From Camelus ferus (taxonomy: Eukaryota), in contig NC_045696.1 in the NCBI RefSeq assembly GCF_009834535.1, forward strand, positions 40,364,001-40,428,000: a DNA stretch of 64,000 bases, in the 5' to 3' direction. Below, piece by piece: positions 54,771 through 64,000 of the stretch. The notes beneath the pieces were generated by a model that saw only the letters and a list, made by a program, of their open reading frames with translations, had not been told where the DNA came from and did not search any database. Position 1 is the stretch's first letter; every line of letters begins with the position of its first letter. Both the position numbers and the translations under genes were made by a program.

Positions 54771-56984
54771 GCTCTGCCTGTAGCTAGTATGTGGGGTTGT
54801 TGGCTACTCACTGTAACTATAGCAGAATTCAGGATTCATGAATGAGGCATAAAATTCAAACTCTGTTTTAGATTTATATCAGCCCTAATAGGTGTAACTG
54901 GGCAGACTGACTACAATTAATGAATGCTTATTGGATGGTCTTGCCCACTGCCTTCATTGAATTGATTGATCAACATCTGAGAGTTTAATTTCTTTATACT
55001 CCTTCTCAGCACATTCATTATGACTTCATTAACACCTTGACTTCATTAACAACTCCCAAGTGTGTGTCCTTAGTCCAAAAAGCAAAAAGTAAGAGATCCA
55101 GTCCAGGATCTCATCTGACATAACAGAGAAATTCTTTATTTCAACTAAAAAGGCAGCCTTGGGATTTGGAGGACAAGATGGAAAAAAGAGACAGTAAAGT
55201 CAGATCTGTACCTTGTTACCTACTGTATTGATGACATCTCCTAAAAGTAATCAAATAAGGATTTGAAATTTCTAACTTACAATGTAACAATCTTGAATTT
55301 CAGTGAAATGATCAATTATAAAAATACAGAATGTGGCGATATCATTTGAAAGAGTTTGGTGTTAAAAAAATGATAAGACCTAATAAGTAGACATAGGGGT
55401 AATGATATAATGTATTTGAAGTATGTTCATGGTACTGGCATAAAGTAAGTGCTCAAAAACATGGCTAATGTTTTTATAGTTTTGATGTTTATTGTCTCTC
55501 CTCTTCTGGACATCCTCTAGTTCTGGTTTTCTCATATGCACTCACTGATTTTGCCTAGTGCCAATCTGGAACAGCACTGAACCATTTTTCTACCTAACCC
55601 CCAAAAATCCATTTCCAAAAAAAGAATTAGGTTTTCTGAAGATTTCCTCAGAAGAATCAGGGTTTCTTCATCTCTGAGGAGATGAAGGAGAGAATTTACA
55701 ATACATGTCCTATCATAAATACAAAAAGCCCATCTGAAATGACTTTTTCCTTTCCCGGCTACTTCTCAGCTGGAGATGTCCTTTTCTCTGATTCTTGCCA
55801 TGCAGCAATTAACTTTGCTCACACTTAATCTCCAGAATCACCCCGAAAGCCAAATTTTTATAGCCTCTATTATTTAGAGTTGCTTCTAACATCCTTTAAA
55901 GCCCAGGTGCCAGCTCATCCCAGCACAGAAGGCTCAGTTTTTCCAGTAAAATGGGTTTTAAAGAGCATCACTTCAACTTCCTTACCCACAACACCTGCTT
56001 TGTTTTTCTCCATATCATCCAACACTTCACACATTTATGTTTTTGTTTAATTTGTGTCCCCTTCAAAGCATAATTCTCAAAATGTTAAAAACACAATTCT
56101 CATTTATGAGTGAACATGTCAAAGTTTTACTTAACATGGTGACAAAGTCAATTGGAAATAAAATATTAAAAATCTGGGTGTTCCATTAGAATGAACAGAT
56201 AAAAAAGTATGCTGAGATAATGCTAAATTTGATGCAAAACTGGTTAATGTTCTGAAGGGCAATAAAACCATAACCTGAGTGGGGTTAATCAACATAGTTT
56301 ACAGAGTTGTTAAGGGCTGTAATGTTAATAAATTAGGCAACAAAGTTCACATTCCTAGTTTGCTGACCCTAAGGTAGGCTTATTTGCATGACAATAAAAG
56401 ACCCTGTGACTATTCATCTTTTGCTTTAGACAATTTTGAGATATATTTCTCAATGCCCTTTCCCCACTGCCACTAAAGTAAGCTACAAGTGCACTGCCAT
56501 TAGTGAATCAGAAAAGGTGAGTCTTCCCTACCTGCTGCTCAGATAATAAAAATAGCAACAAAAGTTGCACAAGAAGCTATAAGCTGTCTTACCCATTTTT
56601 CCATTATTATAAACATTCAAGTAGGAAATATGAGGGCCTTTGATCAACAACTGTTGAAGGAAGGATTCTAAGTGGGGAAGGAGGCTGGATTAGATATTTT
56701 CTAAAGCCCCTATAAATGCTAAAAATTTTGACTGTGAGGCTTCATCAATAAATATTGAGAAAGTCAAAAGAATATCACACATGTTCCTTGTTCTCAACAT
56801 GCTAACGATCATGTTGAGGTTTAATGGACCCCCAAAAAGGGGGAAAAAAACCATAAGGTTGATTAGAAGTTCATTTAACTTTGTGTTGAACTTTCAATAG
56901 GACTAGCAAAAAAATGATGGCTGGGAGGGTAGGGAAGATTTTACAGAGGAGGTAGGCATGTAGTTGGTCTAGAGGAATGGTAGC

Positions 56985-57369
56985 TGTTATGGGCCGAGTT
57001 GTGTCCCCCGCAAAATCTTATGTTGAAGTCCTAATTCCCAGCACTTCAGAATGTGACTGAATTTGGAGATAGGATCGTTAAAGAGGTAATTAAGTTAAAA
57101 TGAGGTCACTAGGGTAGGCCCTCATCCAGTATGACTGGTGTCCTCATGAGAAGAGGAGATTAGGACACAGACACATAGGGAAGACCCTGTGAAGATTCAG
57201 AGTGTAGACAGCCGTCTACAGGCCAAGGAGAGAGCCCAAGAAGAAACTCACCCTGCCAACACTTTTATCTTGGACTTCTAGCCTCCAGAATTGTGAGGAA
57301 ATAAATTTCTGTTGTTTGAGCCACCCAGCCTGAGGGACTTTGTTATTGCAACCCTAGCAAACCAATACA
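56985..57369 (+). mobile_element. MaLR solo LTR, MLT1B-like (385 bp)
   Basis: TG...CA termini (tgttatgggccgagttgtgtcccc ... ccctagcaaaccaataca), internal AATAAA, 5-bp TSD GTAGC/GTAGG (56980-56984, 57370-57374). Confidence 0.9.
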
Positions 57370-58644
57370 GTAGGGGTGAAATCTGGAGAGAGATTAAAAA
57401 AGAAGAGTCCTCCAGAAAAAAAGAATACCATAAATAAAGAGGTCAAAATGAGGACTGGCCTAGATGAGGAATAAATTTTTTGTTTTGCAACAGAGGTTTA
57501 TAGTAGTGAACAGTGCATACAGCTCCCACTGTAACTAATAAGATTCCCTTTTTTCAGTATTGTGTCTTAATAGCAATAAACCTCTCAACCTTTACACCTC
57601 TAACCAAAATTTACTTCCTCACAGATGTTCCCCTCTCTTCCAAAACAGCATTTTCCATCCCAAGCCATTCTCAAATCAAACCCTTTCCCCTGCTTTGCTT
57701 TCTTCATAGCACTAAGTCTGAAATTATAAAATTTATTTTTAACTTGGTGATTGCATGTCTCCCCACACTAGAACGAGAGTTCAACAAGACCAGGGACTCA
57801 CTTCTCTAATTCACCACTCTCTCTCCAATAACCCAGAACAGTTTGTAGCAATTAGTAGGTGCTTCGTAGACATCTATATCCAGTGAATGGACTGCCCTGA
57901 GAAATGCAATCAGTCAGGAAGAGAATTTTGTTTCAGAGGCATGGAAAAGCCAAGAAGACAATTATGGTGAATGTTGGAGTGGTAAGATTCTCCTAACTTT
58001 CCCTTGCTTCAGGTGTGGTGAATCTCAAGCCCTGAGAAACTACAAACCTTGTGCAAGGGGGCAAGTAAGGCACACAGAGGAGGGCTGCCCGGGAGCAGAT
58101 GAGAGAGGCTTGGCCACACCACATACAACATGGACACACATGCACACACATACACAAACACAGACATCCTGTATTAGCCCCTTGTGAAAGGGAAAGTTGG
58201 ATTTAGGGCAAGGATCGAAGGTTTAAATACTTAAACATTCTTTTGGACAGCAAGCCAAAATCTCATGAGGATCAATGTACAAATAAAATGCTGAGGAGCG
58301 TCTAAAATAATATATATCAAGTTGTTCTGTTATATACATTACAGGTCACGTGAGGAAACTGAAACTCTCTGTAGCCCTGCCCAAATACAGGGAACCATTT
58401 AGGTCAGTTCAAAACGATGAGGGCTGGCGACCCTGACACCAGAATGAATTATTGCCGTGGTTCATCTGTTCCTTCTTGCCATTTTTAACAAGCACATTTT
58501 AATGGCCATTATTGTTTTATTCATGTTAGGTTTATCATTATTGCAGTTAACCTCACATTTACTTTGGCTCATATCCTTCTTTGAAAGTCTCTGACATTTC
58601 AGTTGGTTTTGATTTGTCTTTTTGGTCACACTCCATTAATAATA

Positions 58645-58850
58645 AGTTAAATCTGAATGGTGCTTTTCAGCTGACACGTTTGCAGTATCATTTGTGCTCT
58701 TGAACAGCGCTGTGAGGGAGGCAGAGATTATAGTTTCTATTTTAGAGGTAAGGAGACTGAGGCTCAGTGGAGACAAGGGACTTGCCCAAGGTCATGGACG
58801 TGGAGAATGGCAGAGTTACAGCTCAACTCCTGAACTTGTGGCTTCTTCTT
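58645..58850 (-). mobile_element. MIR SINE
   Basis: ctgtgagggaggcagagattatagtttctattttagaggtaaggagactgaggctcagtggagacaagggacttgcccaaggtca. Confidence 0.75.
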
Positions 58851-60983
58851 CCCATATGACAGGACACCCATCACTAAGCTGGCCTCACTGGCAAAGATCC
58901 AGGGTCCACACACATTATGTATGTTTATGTTCCTGTGTACCTAAGTGTGCAGACACACACAACCAGTTATCAAAGACAAAATTAAAAAAAAAAACCAAAA
59001 CCATCAAATAGTGCTCGCAGCATTATTGTGTTCTCTAGCCTCAGAAAAAGAAAAAAGAGGCAGGAAAACTTACTACCACCATTTCTTCCCAGCAGGAATT
59101 CTGAGGCTGCTTTTCCCCGCCAGGTGTTTGTATAGCATTACATAAATCCAATGTTCTTTTGAGTGATTTGGGGAGAACCACCGCACCACTTTGACCACCA
59201 AAAAGATCCTCAGAGACAAGAGGGAAATGAGTAAGGATAAGTCAAGTGGTAAATTCTAACCAGGGCCCCTGTATAAACATTCAAGCTAAAACTGAACGAA
59301 GTTTAGTCAAGTAAAGAACCAGAGAAACGGCAGACGGCCGACCAAAGGAGGCGGTTTTCAGGAGAGAAAGGCCAGGCCTATGAGACGAAATAATTGTAGT
59401 AGAGCCGAGTCCCACTGGGCCTTTGGTATGCGGCTGGTCTTCTTCCAGGCATTTCGCCTCCTTCCCGTTTTCCAGGATTTCGTTAGATTGTCCTGGTTTG
59501 AAGAGTATTAACTATAATCCAGCACATCCACTGAATTGATAGAAGGGTGAAGGACTAAGCATGCGAGCTTATTATTAAAGATGTCACCCCAAGGTTAGGC
59601 TTTAATAATTCAACTCATTAATCCCCAAAGGTAGAATTCAGTCCCAGGCTACACATGACAAGATATCACCATGCATTTCTAGTATGGATTACCAGGTCAG
59701 CTCTCAGGTGAGTGCCTTAGACACTGCTTGTTAGAGCCAGATGGGACTTAGAGAGCAACTGAGTCGGGTCTAACACATGAAGGAGTTGAAGGGATCTACT
59801 CAAATACACAAAACTAAGCTGAGAAAGAAGGTCTCAAGTTCCGATCTTCTGAATGGAAAAAAAGGAATAGTGGTGCATAATTTGTGTCTTAAATGGGTGT
59901 GTATTCTATGTGCATATTCATAGAATATCCCTGGGAAAATATGAGGGAAATGGGAAATGTTGTTGCTTCGAAGAGAAGGGATTTTAGATACTAAAGAATG
60001 GAAGTGGGAGGGAAATTTACTTTTCCCCCATATCCTTTGCTGCTCATCCATAGTTTACACATCTGTCACTCCTACTGAAAAAGTATAAGCTCCTTGAGCG
60101 CAGGACCCATGGACCATATTATGTTCATCTTTGTAATCCCTGAGCAGGTGCACTAATGGGTCTGGTAAGTACTCAGTAAATCACTATTGAGTACTAATAA
60201 CAGATGTTCTTTTTCTATCTAAAATAAATTTGATTATTGAGTATAAATCAGTATTAATTTTGTGGCTCTTTCCAAATGGTTTATAACAATTAATTATTCT
60301 TATAAGGACATAAAGTAACCGCTTTCTATCTCTTCCCATTTAGAGTACTCTTGAAACAGTTCTTGAAGACTCTTCTGATTTATGAAATGGAGAAAGTTTT
60401 ATAAATCTTATTTATGAAATAGAGAAAGTCCTATTTTCCTGACAGATGTTTGATTTTTCTTCCCAAAGGGGGAAAAATGATAAGTTAGTATATTTAGAAA
60501 ACTTATAATGCAATTAATTTCATAGTGGAGATTCTTATTAAATATTTTCTTAGGTGCTTTTTATTAACCAGTTCTTCTGTAGCCTGTTCACTCTTGGCAT
60601 TATTCTTGAATAGGATGTTGCAAAGTCAATGTACATTTTCTAAGAAGTGGAAAACTATGATCCACAATTAAGTAAGGCAGAAGCAAAGAAAACAGACTCT
60701 CAAGAGAATGGAAATTCAATTATTTGTAGACAGAAATTTATTCAGAGTTTTGCAGAAGACATTTATATTAAATATTGTGAGAAACCTGCACTTTCGCTTG
60801 TTCTCTTTCACCTACCCCCTCTCTCCCCATCTCGCTCTATTTCCCTCCCTTCTTCCCTCCCTCTCCAGCATTATGATGACAGTCTACTTTGGATTCGGAT
60901 TAAGTCCTTTCATAGCATATAAGAGCCTTGTATGTGGTGTTAGTACCAGAGAGTAACTGAGCGGACTTTGATGTGTACCACAC

Positions 60984-61016
60984 TTGCCCTCTAGTGGGGA
61001 TCTGTGATCCATGCAG
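60984..61016 (-). promoter_or_regulatory. Candidate CTCF site (core + upstream module)
   Basis: Minus strand CTGCATGGATCACAGATCC-CCACTAGAGGGCAA. The core matches CCRSYAGRKGGC fully. Motif match only; no binding data. Confidence 0.6.
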
Positions 61017-61629
61017 CTCCCTGGGCTGTTTGGTCGTCAGCCCTGGGCATTTCCAAATAGACGTTTTTTCAAGATGGTTTTTATAAACAGATAAGTCTCA
61101 TTTATATTTATTTTATTAGTTGCTAATTTGCAAACGATTCTGTTAAAAGGCTCAAAAACAGTTTATTCTTGTGAGTACTTACACATCTTTATCTTATTTA
61201 TACAACTAATTTGCTTTGTAAACTCCTTTCTTTCATAATACAAAGATAAACTTAATGGACCCAGATCCAATTAGCCAAATTCTAAACAAATGACTTCATA
61301 GTATTTAATTAAAAGAAGTAAATGGCATCCCTGTATGTGCTTAATTATCAGGGTGATTTTTTTGAATGACATTTTGGGACTGTCACATGAAGTACCTTTT
61401 TACCAATTCAGAAGAGTTTTTCTGTTTTTATTGTTGTTATTGTTTGCTCTTTCAACTTTACACTTGTTTTTGACCACACCAAAGCAGCCGAAGGGCATGT
61501 GACATATGAAAACTTTCTGCCCCTGGCATAAAGACTATAAATTATTAACTGTTTCCATTTAGAATAGAATTTTGGCACTAGCTAACAAAGCCTGACTTGC
61601 TGCCAAGTTTGCTTCCTTTTGGAGAATCT

Positions 61630-62103
61630 ATTCTGTTAGGATTAAATTTAGTGCAAATGTGTGGCACCCCAAATAACAGTGATTTAAAGAAGATAAATCT
61701 CTCTTGCATAAACAAATTCCAAACTTAAAGATTAATATATGGCGCCTCCAAGTTCAACCAAGGCTTAGATTTCTTCTAGTACGTTGCTCTACCATCCTCA
61801 ATGCACAACTTTCACTTCATGGCCCATGGTGTCTGGTCCATTTCCTGTCCAATATATCCACATTCCAGCCAGCAGGAAGGAGGAAGAGAAAGAACATGCC
61901 CACTCCTCTTTAGGATCCTTCTAAATAATGGAAAGTTGTACCCGTTACAGCTACATCCAATTGGCCAGAACTTTGTCACATGGCCACATCTAGCTGAAAT
62001 GTCTTCATTCTAGGCTTGCTCTGTTCCAGCAGAAATTCAGGGGTTGCAACACAATGAGAGAGGGCAGAATTTACATTCAGGGACAACTAGCAGTCCGTCC
62101 CGT
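61630..62103 (-). mobile_element. MaLR solo LTR (MLT1J-like)
   Basis: gttaggatt...ccaaataacagtgatttaaagaagata..., gttgctctaccatcct, catccacattccagccagcaggaagg, attggccagaactttgtcacatggccacatctagctg, gggacaactagcagtc. Confidence 0.7.
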
Positions 62104-62337
62104 AGCTTACAATCCCACCAATTGCCTTCATTGGACAGAGCCTACTCTTGCCTGGTTTTCATCTCTTTGTTTTCTATTGAAAAATAACACATTCCTTTCC
62201 ATTTGTCTTCTGCTCATGAAGTTCTGCTGATACAGACTCTGTTTCCTTTTCTTTTTCCTTCCTTCTTTCTCTTGGTAAACCCCGGTCACTTGCCTGCTGG
62301 TTTTCACCGTGTTGGTGCATGCTTTCCTCCATAGGTG

Positions 62338-62665
62338 ATGGCTGTGCCGCCGGCGCCTCTGAAGCTGCTGGGGGTGCTGCTCATCATTTCCCTGGGCTCC
62401 GTCAGGCTCACCCAAGCTGGTGCCTACTATGGAATCAAGCCGCTGCCACCTCAAATCCCTCCTCAGATCCCACCGCAAATTCCACAGTACCAGCCCCTGG
62501 GCCAGCAAGTACCTCATATGCCTCTGGTCAAAGATGGCCTTAACGTGGGCAAGGAGCTGCCCCACATGCAGTACGGCAAGGAGTATCCACATCTACCCCA
62601 ATATATGAAGGAAATTCAGCCGGCGCCAAGAATGGGCAAGGAAGCAGCACCTAAGAAAGGCAAAG
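62338..62665 (+). CDS. COL8A1: Collagen type VIII alpha 1 chain, first coding exon (signal peptide + N-terminal NC2 domain; 109 codons + 1 nt, phase-1 donor; partial CDS)
   Basis: Translation MAVPPAPLKLLGVLLIISLGSVRLTQAGAYYGIKPLPPQIPPQIPPQIPQYQPLGQQVPHMPLVKDGLNVGKELPHMQYGKEYPHLPQYMKEIQPAPRMGKEAAPKKGK matches the recalled mammalian COL8A1 N-terminus. Acceptor ttcctccatag| ends at 62334, so the exon starts GTG at 62335. ATG at 62338 is in strong context (GTGATGG). Donor AAAG|gtaac has GT at 62666-62667. The ORF-track extension to 62724 is intron read-through. Confidence 0.97.
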
Positions 62666-62814
62666 GTAACGTCATACTCTGGTGTTGTTATAAAACAGCA
62701 GCTTTCCAAAATCCTAAACTATGAGATTGGGGTGGTGGTGCTAAATCTTATTTTATTTTAGCGTGTGTGACTGACATTCATGAAATGCCTACTGTATTCA
62801 AAACTCTATCCCTT

Positions 62815-62945
62815 AGTAGTGATGATTACCCAGTAATATGAATGTACTCCATGCCACTAAATTATATGCTTAAAAATGATGGAAATGTTAAATTTTGTTA
62901 TGTGTATTTCACCACAATAAAAAGATCAAAATAAAAGAATAATAA
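62815..62945 (+). mobile_element. Short L1MB-type 3' terminal fragment
   Basis: gtagtgatgatt...aatatgaatgtactccatgccactaaattatatgcttaaaaatg...aaattttgttatgtgtatttcaccacaataaaa. Confidence 0.7.
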
Positions 62946-62951
62946 ATTCAA

Positions 62952-63064
62952 GGGAGGTGGGTTTAGCTCTATGGTAAAGTGCATGCTTAGCAAATGCATG
63001 AGGTCCTGGGTTTAATCCCCAGTACCTCCATTAAAAAGAAAAAAAGAAAAAAAAATACATAAAA
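62952..63064 (+). mobile_element. tRNA-Ala-derived SINE, camelid Vic-1-like (short form)
   Basis: GGGAGGTGGGTTTAGCTCTATGGTAAAGTGCATGCTTAGCAAATGCATGAGGTCCTGGGTTTAATCCCCAGTACCTCCATT plus A-rich tail; clearly homologous to the copy at 12095. Confidence 0.85.
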
Positions 63065-63104
63065 AAAACTCTACCCTTGAAAAGTTCAAGCCTTAAAGAA
63101 AACT

Positions 63105-63680
63105 ATAATTTGGAAAGACACATGTACCCCAATGTTCATAGCAACACTATTCACAATAGCCAAGACATGGAAATAAACTAAATGTCCATCAACAGATGAA
63201 TATGTAGTATATATATACAATGGAATATTACTCAGCCATATAAAGAATGAAATAATGCCATTTGCAACAACATGGATGGACTTAGAGATTATTTATTAAG
63301 TGAAGTAAGTCAGACAGAGAAAGACAAATATCATATGATATCACTAATATATGGAATAAAAAAAATCCTATTTACAACCCAAAACCAGACTCACAGACAT
63401 AGAAAACAAACTATGGTTACCAAAGGGGAAAGGGCAGGATGGGATAAATTAAGGGTTGGGGATTAACAGACACATATTACTATATATAAAATAAACAACA
63501 AGGACCTACTGTATTGCACAGGGAACTATATTCAATTTCTTATAACATCATATTGGAAAAGAATCTGAAAAGGAAAAAAATATATATGTATAACTGAATC
63601 ATGCTGTACACCTGAAACTATCATTGTAAATTGACTACACTTCAATAAAAAATTAGAATTTAAAAAATAAAAATAGAAAA
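63105..63680 (+). mobile_element. 5'-truncated L1 3' end (cetartiodactyl-type)
   Basis: aaagacacatgtaccccaatgttcatagcaacactattcacaatagccaagacatggaaa...aatgccatttgcaacaacatggatggacttagag...cacagggaactatattcaa...tacacttcaataaaaaa. Confidence 0.9.
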
Positions 63681-64000
63681 CATTAATTAAATGTAAAATT
63701 TTTTAAAAAGAATATCATATGAAAGCATTTTGCAAACTAGATGCCAGATAAATGTTTTTAAGACTGTTCTAATTGAATTGCTATATATGTCTCTCAATAA
63801 TTGACAGAGGAACCTGTAGAGTACAGGCTGCATCTAGAGATGGTAACTGAAACTCTCTCCATTACTTTCTAGGCATATTCATCAGTTATTCAACACCTGC
63901 AAAGTGCCTATCACTGTGAGAGACACTTTCTTAAAAATTCAGTTGGTTTATCTGGCATTCTAGGAAACCCAGCATTTGTAGGAAAGGAACTGCATCAGAG

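Noticed and set aside
55666..55687. Hairpin CTTCATCTC-TGAG-GAGATGAAG
   Set aside because: A 9-bp stem is too short for a pre-miRNA and is expected occasionally by chance.
62128..62592. 154-aa antisense ORF and alternative-frame ORFs over the COL8A1 exon
   Set aside because: Shadow ORFs of a GC-rich coding exon, with no recognisable homology.
62666..62724. ORF-track extension of COL8A1 to a stop at 62724 (GNVILWCCY...)
   Set aside because: Read-through past the GT donor at 62666; the recalled protein continues KGKEIPL in the next exon, outside the window.

Overview
Mammalian nuclear DNA, most likely a camelid (alpaca/llama/camel type). This is inferred from two tRNA-Ala-derived Vic-1-like SINEs and from not seeing Alu, BovB/Bov-tA, PRE1 or Can-SINE copies. 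The window appears to lie wholly inside COL8A1 (collagen VIII alpha 1, + strand). It holds a 120-nt non-coding 5'UTR exon (16148-16267), a ~46 kb intron, and the first coding exon (62335-62665: signal peptide plus NC2 domain). The triple-helix/C1q exon lies beyond the window. Upstream of the UTR exon is a near full-length, disabled, sense-oriented processed pseudogene of MTFR1L (~9735-11727). The rest is intronic sequence with L1 3' ends, L2, L3/CR1, MIR, MaLR LTRs, hAT and Tigger fossils, and simple repeats. Almost all ORFs in the supplied track look like noise. I found no evidence for a new multi-gene system. The best leads are regulatory or evolutionary: (1) an AUG-UGA start-stop element created by splicing that overlaps the COL8A1 start codon; (2) the retrocopy ending in ATTAAA plus a T22 tract instead of poly(A), a possible intronic polyadenylation site or cryptic acceptor; (3) a sharp ~300-bp CpG patch over the UTR exon donor; (4) four CTCF-like motifs that each carry the upstream TGCA module and are arranged convergently. 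Family and orthologue assignments come from recalled consensus sequences, not from database searches. Repeat boundaries without TSDs are approximate.
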